Assembly: GCA_019113345.1 (NCBI GenBank)
Contig: DXHQ01000100.1
Span: 8,445 to 72,444, forward strand
From: Candidatus Faecalibacterium intestinigallinarum
GTDB lineage: Bacteria; Bacillota; Clostridia; Oscillospirales; Ruminococcaceae
Direction of reading: 5' to 3'
DNA length: 64,000 bases
Shown one piece after another: positions 28,988-36,547 of the stretch; position 1 is the stretch's first letter, and every line of letters begins with the position of its first letter. Below the pieces are notes generated by a model, which saw only the letters and a program-made list of their open reading frames with translations, did no database searches and was not told the origin of the DNA. The position numbers and the translations under genes were made by a program.

Positions 28988-29019
28988 GCCCGGCACGCCA
29001 AAATGTGCCGGGCTTTTTT
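28988..29019 (+). terminator. intrinsic terminator about 120 nt downstream of the GH13 stop
   Basis: Stem GCCCGGCAC/GTGCCGGGC followed by TTTTTT. Confidence 0.65.
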
Positions 29020-29070
29020 GTATCATCTACCAAACTTGTGGGCTGAAAGCCCCCTTCCAGACAAAAACGC

Positions 29071-29099
29071 TTGACCTGGCCCCCTGAAATGAATATGAT
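29071..29099 (+). promoter_or_regulatory. sigma-70-type promoter for the nfeD-SPFH operon
   Basis: TTGACC-17 nt-TATGAT. Confidence 0.45.
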
Positions 29100-29152
29100 A
29101 AAAGAAAGGCACGGCCGCCCCTGCCGCGCCTCTTGATAAGGAAGGAGTACCT

Positions 29153-29602
29153 ATGCTGCAAGCCATCGGGTGGCTCGCCGCCACCATCTTTTTCGTTTTC
29201 ATCGAGGCTTCCACCTTTAACCTGGTGTCGGTCTGGTTTGCCGTGGGCGGGGCCGCGGCCCTCGTCAGCTGCATCTTTACCGGCAGCCTGCGGGTGCAGT
29301 CGGCCGTCTTTGTCGCGGTCAGCATCCTCTGTCTGCTGGCCCTGCGCCCGCTGACCGCCCGGCTCCGCCGCCCCCTGACCCCCACCAACGGGGACCTCAA
29401 CGTCGGGCGGACCGCCACCATCCTCACCCCCGTCACCGACGACGCTCCCGGCCGCGCCCGCCTGGACGGCGTGGACTGGAACGCGCAGGCGGTGCCGGGC
29501 GCCTCCTTCGCGCCCGGCGACAAGTGCCGGGTGGCCGCCATCCGCAGCACCACCCTGATCGTCGAACCCGCCCCCATCGAGACCCCCGTCCGCCCCAACT
29601 GA
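29153..29602 (+). CDS. NfeD-family membrane protein
   Basis: N-terminal TM helices plus a C-terminal OB-like domain (GRARLDGVDWNAQ). Lies upstream of an SPFH gene, the classic pairing. Confidence 0.85.
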   Translation: MLQAIGWLAATIFFVFIEASTFNLVSVWFAVGGAAALVSCIFTGSLRVQSAVFVAVSILCLLALRPLTARLRRPLTPTNGDLNVGRTATILTPVTDDAPGRARLDGVDWNAQAVPGASFAPGDKCRVAAIRSTTLIVEPAPIETPVRPN

Positions 29603-29639
29603 ACCCACGACAAGTAAACAGCAAGAAAGGAGCGTACCT

Positions 29640-30560
29640 ATGTCCATCGGTTCCGTCGTCCTGTTTTTCCTCATCCTGGCGCTGATCCTGCTGGTCGTCC
29701 TCATTGTGGTGACCAACATCGTCATCGTCCCGCAGTCCACCGTCTATGTCATCGAGCGGCTGGGCGTCTACTCGGCCACCTGGGAGGCCGGCCTCCATAT
29801 CAAGATCCCCTTCATCGAGCGGGTGGCCAAAAAGGTCAGCCTGAAAGAGCAGGTGGGCGACTTCCCGCCGCAGCCCGTCATCACCCGGGATAACGTCACC
29901 ATTCAGATCGACACGGTGGTCTTTTTCCAGGTGATGGACGCCAAACTGTATACTTACGGCGTCAACCAGCCCATCGCCGCCCTGGAGAGCCTGTGCGCCA
30001 CCACCCTGCGCAACATCATCGGCGAGATGGAATTGGACCACACCCTGTCCAGCCGCGATGTCATCAACTCCAAGATCACCGCCATCCTGGACGAGGCCAC
30101 CGACAAGTGGGGCATCAAGGTCAACCGGGTGGAGGTCAAGAACATCATGCCGCCGGCCGAGATCCAGGACGCCATGGAAAAGCAGATGAAGGCCGAGCGC
30201 GAAAAGCGCGCCGTCATCCTCAAGGCCGAAGGTGAAAAGCAGGCCGCCATCACCGCCGCCGAAGGCGAAAAGGAAGCCGCCATCCTGCGGGCCGACGCCA
30301 TCAAGCAGCAGCGCATCCTGGAGGCCGAGGGCGAAGCCCAGGCCATCCTGGCGGTGCAGCAGGCCGAAGCCGACGCCATCCGGCTGCTGAACGAGTCCAA
30401 CCCGGACGGCAAGGTGATCGCCCTGCGCAGCCTGGACGCCCTGGCCAAGGTCGCCAACGGCAAGGCCACCAAGATCATCATCCCCTCCGAGCTGCAGAAT
30501 CTGGGCGCGGTCGTCCCCTCCATCGCCGAGCTGCTGACCGACCCCAAGCCCACCGAGTAA
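29640..30560 (+). CDS. SPFH/Band-7 (stomatin/prohibitin-like) protein
   Basis: N-terminal TM segment, an SPFH core and an Ala/Glu-rich coiled coil (AEREKRAVILKAEGEKQAAITAAEGEKEAAILRA). Confidence 0.92.
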   Translation: MSIGSVVLFFLILALILLVVLIVVTNIVIVPQSTVYVIERLGVYSATWEAGLHIKIPFIERVAKKVSLKEQVGDFPPQPVITRDNVTIQIDTVVFFQVMDAKLYTYGVNQPIAALESLCATTLRNIIGEMELDHTLSSRDVINSKITAILDEATDKWGIKVNRVEVKNIMPPAEIQDAMEKQMKAEREKRAVILKAEGEKQAAITAAEGEKEAAILRADAIKQQRILEAEGEAQAILAVQQAEADAIRLLNESNPDGKVIALRSLDALAKVANGKATKIIIPSELQNLGAVVPSIAELLTDPKPTE

Positions 30561-30570
30561 GTGCGCATAT

Positions 30571-30755
30571 AAAAAGTCCCATCCGGCCGACACGTGCGGA
30601 CGGATGGGACACAACCAGGGAAATTTGCCGCAGAGAGTGTGCGAGGCCACCCGGGCCGAGTGCATGGTTCTGCGGCAAATTTTGTCCCCAGGGGGATATT
30701 AGGGGGAAGGAATTTCTGTCGCGCGACTGCGCGCAGAAATGGGTTCCCCCTAAAG
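30571..30755. repeat. copy A of a ~180-bp multi-hairpin intergenic repeat (second copy at 45183-45366)
   Basis: Aligns base for base with 45183-45366. Helices: 30576-85/30601-10, 30621-34/30669-82 and 30700-08/30744-52 with nested stems. The right end overlaps the stop codon of the GNAT gene. Confidence 0.85.
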
Positions 30756-31271
30756 TTTTAACTCATAGAGATAGTCGGGGATCTCTTCGTTGGTGCCGCC
30801 CTTGGTGTAGGAGCCGCTGGCAATGATGAGGGCGCCCACCTTGCGGGCCAGAGCGTTGGAGGCTTCGTTCTCCTGGGCGATGCGGATGGTCACCGCATTG
30901 GCCCGGCGGGAGCGGGCGTAGCCGATCAGCCCCTCGACGATCTCGGTGCCGTACCCCTGCCGCTGAAAGTCCGGGCGGACGGCGTAGGCAATGTCATAGC
31001 TGCGGCCGCCGTTCTCGGGCACAAAGCTGCAGGTGCCGATCCGCTGGCCGGTGGCCCGGTCCACCGCCACCAGATGGCAGCAGTCCAGCGAGTCCCCCAG
31101 CCCCTCGACTGATTTGGTATAGGCCGCCAGGTCGGGTATCTCCTCCAGTGCCGGATCGGACAGCCAGCGGCCGGTGTCCGGGTCGTTCCACAGGCTCATG
31201 GCAAAGGGCGCGTCCTCGGGCGTAAAGCCTCGCAGCGCCAGCCGCGCCGTCTCGATGGTCTCGATCTTCAT
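30750..31271 (-). CDS. GNAT-family N-acetyltransferase (RimJ/RimL-like)
   Basis: 173 aa with the acetyl-CoA motif QRQGYGTEIV and a typical GNAT layout. Confidence 0.85.
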   Translation of the reverse strand: MKIETIETARLALRGFTPEDAPFAMSLWNDPDTGRWLSDPALEEIPDLAAYTKSVEGLGDSLDCCHLVAVDRATGQRIGTCSFVPENGGRSYDIAYAVRPDFQRQGYGTEIVEGLIGYARSRRANAVTIRIAQENEASNALARKVGALIIASGSYTKGGTNEEIPDYLYELKL

Positions 31272-31308
31272 ACTACATCCCCTCCAATTTTTACGTATGG
31301 GTGCAGAT

Positions 31309-31785
31309 CTACCCTTCGGCGTCCTCCTCCCCGTCCTCGTCCAGGGCGATGAGGAAGGCCGCCTGTCTTACTTTGCCGCAGCCCTGCGCCTTGATGCCCG
31401 CCTTGTAGGGCTCCCCCGCGAGGAAGAGGGCGAAACGCCCCTCGCAGAGCATCCCCGCCGCGCTGGTGGGGGCGCTGCCCTGGGCGGGGGCGTCCCCGGC
31501 GGCCGGCTTTTTGACCGCGAACTCCCCCAAGGAGACTTCAAACATCTCGCTGCCGGCCAGGTCGGTCAGCAGGGTCAGACAGCCCTCCCGGCAGACAAAG
31601 TCGGCCCTTTCGCCGCTCTGCGGCGTCAGGGTGCGCACCTCGACCGTCACCGCCTCCCCGTCGACGCGGGTGCGGCCCTCGGGCAGGGTGGCGATGTCGC
31701 GGGCCATGATGTACTCGATGGCGGTATCGAGGTTTGCGCTCATGCCCAGATAGTTGGGCAGATTGTTCAGGGTGTCATAAATCAT
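31309..31785 (-). CDS. YhcH/YjgK/YiaL (DUF386) family protein
   Basis: The N-terminus MIYDTLNNLPNYLGMSANLDTAIEYI is characteristic of the family; 158 aa. Confidence 0.7.
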   Translation of the reverse strand: MIYDTLNNLPNYLGMSANLDTAIEYIMARDIATLPEGRTRVDGEAVTVEVRTLTPQSGERADFVCREGCLTLLTDLAGSEMFEVSLGEFAVKKPAAGDAPAQGSAPTSAAGMLCEGRFALFLAGEPYKAGIKAQGCGKVRQAAFLIALDEDGEEDAEG

Positions 31786-31795
31786 GGGCGGCCCC

Positions 31796-32989
31796 TCACT
31801 TGCTCAGGGACAGGATGGCGTCCCGGATCCGCGCGGCGGCCTCCCGGGTCTTTTCGGCGTCGCCGAAGGCGGTCAGGCGGAAGTAGCCCTCGCCGCAGGG
31901 GCCGAAGCCCACCCCCGGCGTGCCCACCACGCCGGCGTTTTCCAGCAGCCAGTCGAAGAAGGTCCAGCTGTCCATGTTGCCAGGGCAGCGCAGCCAGATA
32001 TAGGGGCTGTTGTGGCCGCCGCAGTACCAGACGCCGCACTCGTTCAGGGCGTCGGCAATGACCTTGGCGTTTTTGCGGTAGTAGTCGAGGTTGGCCTGGA
32101 TCTCGGCCATCCCCTCGGGGGTAAAGACGGCCGCCGCGCCCCGCTGCACAATGTAGGGCACGCCGTTGAACTTGGTGGTCTGGCGGCGGAGCCAGAGCTT
32201 GTTCAGGTTCATCCCCTCCCGCTCCAGCTGGTGGGGCACCACGGTGTAGCCGCAGCGGGTGCCGGTAAAGCCGGCGATCTTGGAGAAGGAACAGATCTCA
32301 ATGGCGCAGTCCCGCGCGCCCTCCACCTCAAAGATGCTGCGGGCCAGCCCTTCCTCCGAGACGAAGCACTCATAGGCCGCGTCGTAGAGGATGACGGCGT
32401 TGTTGGCTTTGGCGTAGTCCACCCAGATCTTGAGCTGCTCGCGGCTGTAGGCCGCGCCGGTGGGGTTGTTGGGGCTGCAGATATAGATGATGTCGGCCTT
32501 GACGGCGGGGTCGGGCATGGCCAGGAAACCGCCCGCCTCGCTGGTGGAGGCGTAGACAATCCTGCGCCCGTCGGTGACGTTGTCGTCCACATAGGTGGGA
32601 TAGACGGGGTCGGGCACCAGGACGGTGTTGTCCTCGCTGAACAGGCCCAGAATGTTGGCCAGGTCGCTCTTGGCGCCGTCGCTGATGAAGATCTCGTCGG
32701 CTTCCAGCCTGACGCCGCGGCCGGCGTAGTAGCCCTGCACCGCCTCGCGCAGGAAGTCATAGCCCTGCTCGGGGCCGTAGCCGTGGAAGCCGCTGGCCGA
32801 CCCCATCTCGGCGACGGCGTCCTGCATGGCCTTGACCACGCTCTTTGCCAGCGGGCGGGTCACATCGCCGATGCCCAGCCGGATCACGTCGCGGTCGGGG
32901 TGGGCCTTCTGGAACGCCGCCACCCGGTGGTTGATGTCCACAAACAGGTAGCTGGCTTTGAGCTCGTTGTAATGCTGATTCATTTTCAT
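31796..32989 (-). CDS. dapL: LL-diaminopimelate aminotransferase
   Basis: NELKASYLF...IRLGIGDVTRPL N-terminal signature, SFSK PLP lysine, 397 aa, adjacent to dapF. Confidence 0.85.
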   Translation of the reverse strand: MKMNQHYNELKASYLFVDINHRVAAFQKAHPDRDVIRLGIGDVTRPLAKSVVKAMQDAVAEMGSASGFHGYGPEQGYDFLREAVQGYYAGRGVRLEADEIFISDGAKSDLANILGLFSEDNTVLVPDPVYPTYVDDNVTDGRRIVYASTSEAGGFLAMPDPAVKADIIYICSPNNPTGAAYSREQLKIWVDYAKANNAVILYDAAYECFVSEEGLARSIFEVEGARDCAIEICSFSKIAGFTGTRCGYTVVPHQLEREGMNLNKLWLRRQTTKFNGVPYIVQRGAAAVFTPEGMAEIQANLDYYRKNAKVIADALNECGVWYCGGHNSPYIWLRCPGNMDSWTFFDWLLENAGVVGTPGVGFGPCGEGYFRLTAFGDAEKTREAAARIRDAILSLSK

Positions 32990-33005
32990 GGCAGTTTCCC
33001 TCTCT

Positions 33006-33854
33006 TTACAGTTTTACGAGACCCTCGCAGACGGTGACGGCGGGGCCGGTCATCTCCAGCTGCCGCCCGGGCAGCACCCGGATGGTCAGGCTGCCGCCGC
33101 GCAGGGCAACTTCGATCGCCTCGCCGGCGGGCGCCCGGCCCAGCTCGGTAAAGGCTGCAACCGCCGCGCACGCGCCGGTGCCGCAGGCCCAGGTCTCGCC
33201 GCTGCCCCGCTCCCAGACCCGCATCTTGAGGTGGGTGGCGTCCAGCTGCTGGATGAATTCGGTGTTGACCCCCTCGGGGAAATGCGGATGCCGTTCAAAG
33301 GCCGGGCCGATGGCGGCAAGGTCAAGCGAGTCGACCTCCTCCACCGGCACCACGCAGTGGGGGTTGCCCACGCTGATGCAGGTGACGGTCCAGTCCCGGC
33401 CGGCGGCTGTCAGGGGCACCCCCACAAGGGGCCCCTCCCCCATGCCGGCGGCGGGCAGGGCGGCGGCCATCGCGCTGTAGCGCCCCATCTCGACCTGCCA
33501 GAGCCCCTCCCCCTGCCGGCGCAGGGTCTTGACGCCGCTCAAAGTGTCGATCCGCAGCCCGTCGCGGGCGGCGAAGGCCGGGTCGTGGCCACGCAGCCAC
33601 TCGGCCACGCAGCGGATGCCGTTGCCGCACATCCTGCCCTCGCTGCCGTCGGCGTTGTAGATGCGCATCATCGCATCCGCCCCCGGCGTTTGGGGCGCGC
33701 AGATGCAGATGATCCCGTCCGCCCCGACTGAGAAGCGCCGGGCGGACAAGGTCCGCGCCAGATCCGCGATGTTCTGCGGCGGACCGCCTGCGCGGCAGTC
33801 CAGGTAGATATAATCGTTGGCGCAGCCCTGCATTTTGGTAAAGGCCAGGTCCAT
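33006..33854 (-). CDS. dapF: diaminopimelate epimerase
   Basis: FTKMQGCANDYIY and the two catalytic Cys motifs (MCGNGIRC, ACGTGACA). The start is trimmed to the ATG at 33854, which has a GGGAGGGAG RBS. Confidence 0.92.
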   Translation of the reverse strand: MDLAFTKMQGCANDYIYLDCRAGGPPQNIADLARTLSARRFSVGADGIICICAPQTPGADAMMRIYNADGSEGRMCGNGIRCVAEWLRGHDPAFAARDGLRIDTLSGVKTLRRQGEGLWQVEMGRYSAMAAALPAAGMGEGPLVGVPLTAAGRDWTVTCISVGNPHCVVPVEEVDSLDLAAIGPAFERHPHFPEGVNTEFIQQLDATHLKMRVWERGSGETWACGTGACAAVAAFTELGRAPAGEAIEVALRGGSLTIRVLPGRQLEMTGPAVTVCEGLVKL

Positions 33855-33887
33855 AGTCTCCCTCCCCGTTTTTCTGCACTTGTTACT

Positions 33888-33916
33888 ATTATAATGGCTA
33901 AACCGCTTTCTGACAA
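33888..33916 (-). promoter_or_regulatory. sigma-70-type promoter for dapF-dapL
   Basis: Minus strand TTGTCA-17 nt-TATAAT. Confidence 0.5.
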
Positions 33917-33955
33917 GCGGCAGGGCCAATTTTCACCAGAATCGCAAAAGAGGGC

Positions 33956-33984
33956 TTGACAATGGCAGGCCCTTACGCTATAAA
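33956..33984 (+). promoter_or_regulatory. sigma-70-type promoter for the ACP gene
   Basis: TTGACA-17 nt-TATAAA. Confidence 0.45.
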
Positions 33985-34060
33985 CATAAGAGGAACTTTT
34001 GTGCCGCGGCCATGGCCGGGCACCGAAAAACGAGGAATAGATAAAAGGAGAGAATCCCGT

Positions 34061-34297
34061 ATGGAGAGCACATTCGAGAAAATTCGCGGCTTTTTGGCCG
34101 AACAGCTGGGCGTGGACGCCAGCCAGATCACCATGGACAGCGACCTGCTGAACGATTTTGAGGCCGACAGCCTGGACATCGTCGACATGGTCATGACGCT
34201 GGAGGACGAGTTCGGCATCGAGGTGCCCGACGACGCCATCGAGAACCTGCACACCGTCGGCGACGTAGTCCGCTTTGTGGACAGCCAGCTGGGGTAA
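34061..34297 (+). CDS. acpP: acyl carrier protein (stand-alone)
   Basis: 78 aa with the phosphopantetheine attachment motif EADSLDIVDMVM. AAGGAG RBS 9 nt upstream of the ATG at 34061. Confidence 0.85.
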   Translation: MESTFEKIRGFLAEQLGVDASQITMDSDLLNDFEADSLDIVDMVMTLEDEFGIEVPDDAIENLHTVGDVVRFVDSQLG

Positions 34298-34305
34298 TAC
34301 GGCGC

Positions 34306-34336
34306 AGCCCCTGCCTTGCCGGGCGGGGGCTTTTTC
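34306..34336 (+). terminator. intrinsic terminator after the ACP gene
   Basis: Stem AGCCCC...GGGGCT followed by TTTTT. Confidence 0.5.
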
Positions 34337-34391
34337 GACTGCGGGCCGGGCCCCAAGGCCCCGCGGCCCCCGATAGAGAGGAAGAAAGATC

Positions 34392-35831
34392 ATGGCAAAA
34401 GAGACGAAAAAGCTGGTCCAGGCCATCACCAGCCAGGAAGAGAACTTCGCCCAGTGGTACACCGACATCTGCGTCAAGGCGGAGCTGGTCGAATATTCCA
34501 GCGTGAAGGGCTTTATCATCCTGCGGCCCTACGGCCAGGCCATCTGGGAAAACATCCAGAAAAACCTGGACGCCCGCTTCAAGGCCACCGGCCACGAGAA
34601 CGTGGCCATGCCGGTGCTGATCCCCGAGAGCCTGCTGAAAAAGGAGGGGGACCTGGTCAACGGCTTCGCCCCCGAGGTGGCCTGGGTGACCATGGGCGGC
34701 AGCGACGAGCTGGAAGAGCGGCTGGCCGTCCGGCCCACCAGCGAGACCATGTTCTGCGACCACTGGTCCCGCGTGCTGCACAGCTACCGCGAGCTGCCCA
34801 TGAAGTACAACCAGTGGTGCAGCGTGGTCCGGTGGGAAAAGACCACCCGCCCCTTCCTGCGCAGCCGCGAGTTCTGGTGGCAGGAGGGCCACACCATCCA
34901 TGAGACCAGCGAGGAGGCCGAGGCCGAGACCATGGCCCAGCTGAACTGCTACGCCAGCTTCTGCGAGGACGACCTGGCCATCCCGGTGGTCAAGGGCCGC
35001 AAGACCGACAAGGAGAAGTTTGCCGGCGCCGAGGCCACCTATACCATCGAGGCCATGATGAAGGACGGCAAGGCTCTGCAGAGCGGCACCAGCCACTTCT
35101 TCGGCGACAAGTTCAGCCGCGCCTACGACGTCACCTTCACCGGCCGGGACAATCAGCTGCACTACCCGTTCCAGACCAGCTGGGGCGTCTCCACCCGCCT
35201 GGTGGGCGCCATCATCATGACCCACGGCGACGATGACGGCCTGATCCTGCCCCCGGCCATTGCGCCCTGGCAGGTGGTGGTGGTGCCCATCGCGGCCCAC
35301 AAGCCCGGCGTGGCCGAAAAGGCCGCCGAGGTGGCCGCCTCCATCAGCCAGTACGCCCGGGTCAAGCTGGACGACAGCGACAACGCTCCCGGCTGGAAGT
35401 TCAGCCAGTGGGAGATGAAGGGCGTGCCCCTCCGCCTCGAGCTGGGCCCCAAGGACCTGGAGAAGAACCAGTGCGTCCTGGTCCGCCGCGATACCCGCGA
35501 AAAGACCTTCGTCAGCCTGGACGAGCTGCCCACCGTCATCCCCGCCCTGCTGGAGAGCCTGACCCACGACCTCTACCAGCGCGCCCTCGAGAACCGCGAA
35601 AAGCGGACCTGGGCCGCCAAGACCATGGACGAGGTCAAGGCCCTGGCCGCCGCGAACACCGGCTACATCAAGACCATGTGGTGCGGCGACCTCGACTGCG
35701 AGCTCAAGATGAAGGAAGAGGCGGGCCTGTCCAGCCGCTGTATGCCTTTTGAGCAGGAGCAGATCGGCGACGTCTGCCCCGTCTGCGGCAAGCCGGCCAA
35801 GACCATGATCTACTGGGGCGTGGCGTATTGA
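34392..35831 (+). CDS. proS: proline--tRNA ligase (archaeal/eukaryote-like short type)
   Basis: 479 aa. NFAQWYTDICVKAELVEYSSVKGFIILRPYG N-terminus, class II motifs and a C-terminal zinc-binding CPVCG ending in Y. Confidence 0.93.
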   Translation: MAKETKKLVQAITSQEENFAQWYTDICVKAELVEYSSVKGFIILRPYGQAIWENIQKNLDARFKATGHENVAMPVLIPESLLKKEGDLVNGFAPEVAWVTMGGSDELEERLAVRPTSETMFCDHWSRVLHSYRELPMKYNQWCSVVRWEKTTRPFLRSREFWWQEGHTIHETSEEAEAETMAQLNCYASFCEDDLAIPVVKGRKTDKEKFAGAEATYTIEAMMKDGKALQSGTSHFFGDKFSRAYDVTFTGRDNQLHYPFQTSWGVSTRLVGAIIMTHGDDDGLILPPAIAPWQVVVVPIAAHKPGVAEKAAEVAASISQYARVKLDDSDNAPGWKFSQWEMKGVPLRLELGPKDLEKNQCVLVRRDTREKTFVSLDELPTVIPALLESLTHDLYQRALENREKRTWAAKTMDEVKALAAANTGYIKTMWCGDLDCELKMKEEAGLSSRCMPFEQEQIGDVCPVCGKPAKTMIYWGVAY

Positions 35832-35875
35832 CGTAACGCCGCCCCTGCGCGATAGTCTTTTATCCATAAACAGCA

Positions 35876-35908
35876 GCCCCCGCCCCTGACAAAGGGACGG
35901 GGGTTTTC
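35876..35908 (+). terminator. intrinsic terminator after proS
   Basis: Stem CCCCCGCCCC/GGGACGGGGG (one mismatch) followed by TTTT. Confidence 0.55.
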
Positions 35909-35918
35909 TGTCGGCCCA

Positions 35919-36191
35919 TCAGAACAGGTCGCTGTGGGTGCCTGTGCGGGTCAGATAAAGCAGCAATCCATCTTCGACCACTTCGTATACCAGCAGCCAA
36001 TCCGGCGCGATATGGCACTCACGGCAGCCGCTGTAGTCGCCGGTCAAAGCGTGGTCATGATAGGATGCAGGCAGTTCCTGCCCTTCTGCCAGCAGGGTGA
36101 TGACCTGTTCCAGCAGGCGGACGTTATAGCCGCGCTTTTTGATCCGTTTGTAGTCTCGCTTGAAGGCGGCCTGATACTTAATCGTCAGCAT
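35919..36191 (-). CDS. yafQ: type II toxin, YafQ/RelE-family mRNA interferase
   Basis: 90 aa. FKRDYKRIKKRGYN...LPASYHDHALTGDYSGCRECHIAPDWLLVY...THSDLF is a YafQ signature. Overlaps the upstream antitoxin gene by 14 nt. Confidence 0.88.
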   Translation of the reverse strand: MLTIKYQAAFKRDYKRIKKRGYNVRLLEQVITLLAEGQELPASYHDHALTGDYSGCRECHIAPDWLLVYEVVEDGLLLYLTRTGTHSDLF

Positions 36192-36450
36192 CCAGGTCCT
36201 CCATCAGCTCCTTCACCGAGGTGAAGCCGCGGCTTAAACCAACGCCATTGCGGGCATCGCGGATAGCCTGCAAAGTTTCTGCATTCGGGACAGGCTCCCC
36301 GATGCGGAAGGGGATGGCCTGCTCCCGCACCGACTGCCGCAGAAAGATATTGACCGCGGTGGTCAGGTTCATGCCAAGGCTTTCAAACAGGTCCTGGGCC
36401 TGTTCTTTAAGGACGGGATCGATCTTGATATTGGTGCTTACCGGTGTCAT
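36178..36450 (-). CDS. dinJ: type II antitoxin, RelB/DinJ family
   Basis: 90 aa. NIKIDPVLKEQAQDLFESLGMNLTTAVNIFLRQSV is a DinJ ribbon-helix-helix N-terminus. Confidence 0.88.
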   Translation of the reverse strand: MTPVSTNIKIDPVLKEQAQDLFESLGMNLTTAVNIFLRQSVREQAIPFRIGEPVPNAETLQAIRDARNGVGLSRGFTSVKELMEDLDADD

Positions 36451-36470
36451 TGCTCACGCCTCCCTTCATG

Positions 36471-36502
36471 CCTATTATACACCTATTAGGCACGTTTTGC
36501 AA
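36471..36502 (-). promoter_or_regulatory. promoter of the dinJ-yafQ module with candidate operator repeats
   Basis: Minus strand TTGCAA-17 nt-TATAAT. The direct repeat CCTATTA (36471-77 and 36482-88, plus-strand coordinates) overlaps the -10 region. Confidence 0.45.
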
Positions 36503-36513
36503 ACAGTTTTGGC

Positions 36514-36545
36514 ATAAATAACCCCCGTCCATCTGGACGAGGGGG
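36514..36545 (-). terminator. intrinsic terminator after the DUF3810 gene
   Basis: On the minus strand, stem CCCCCTCGTCC/GGACGGGGG is followed by TTATTT. Confidence 0.5.
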
Positions 36546-36547
36546 TG

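Noticed and set aside
28913-29074. 53-codon ORF (MENCCIFADILPGF...) in the GH13/nfeD spacer
   Set aside because: - It has no usable RBS.
- It runs through a terminator hairpin and into the nfeD promoter.
- Its AT-rich composition suggests non-coding DNA.
30478-30678. Small ORFs crossing the structured repeat (30478-30678 minus; 45171-45533 and 45179-45481 minus)
   Set aside because: - The two copies do not preserve a common reading frame, because indels and substitutions shift it.
- There is no RBS.
- The substitution pattern is stem-compensatory rather than synonymous.
30571-30755. The repeats as a CRISPR array or an IS element
   Set aside because: - There are only two distant copies of a 180-bp unit, with no short regular repeat-spacer periodicity.
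- There are no cas genes, no transposase, and no terminal inverted repeats or obvious target duplications.
34298-34391. An expected T-box leader upstream of proS
   Set aside because: Only 94 nt separate the ACP stop from the proS start. Most of that is a terminator hairpin, which leaves no room for a T-box, and no T-box sequence is present.
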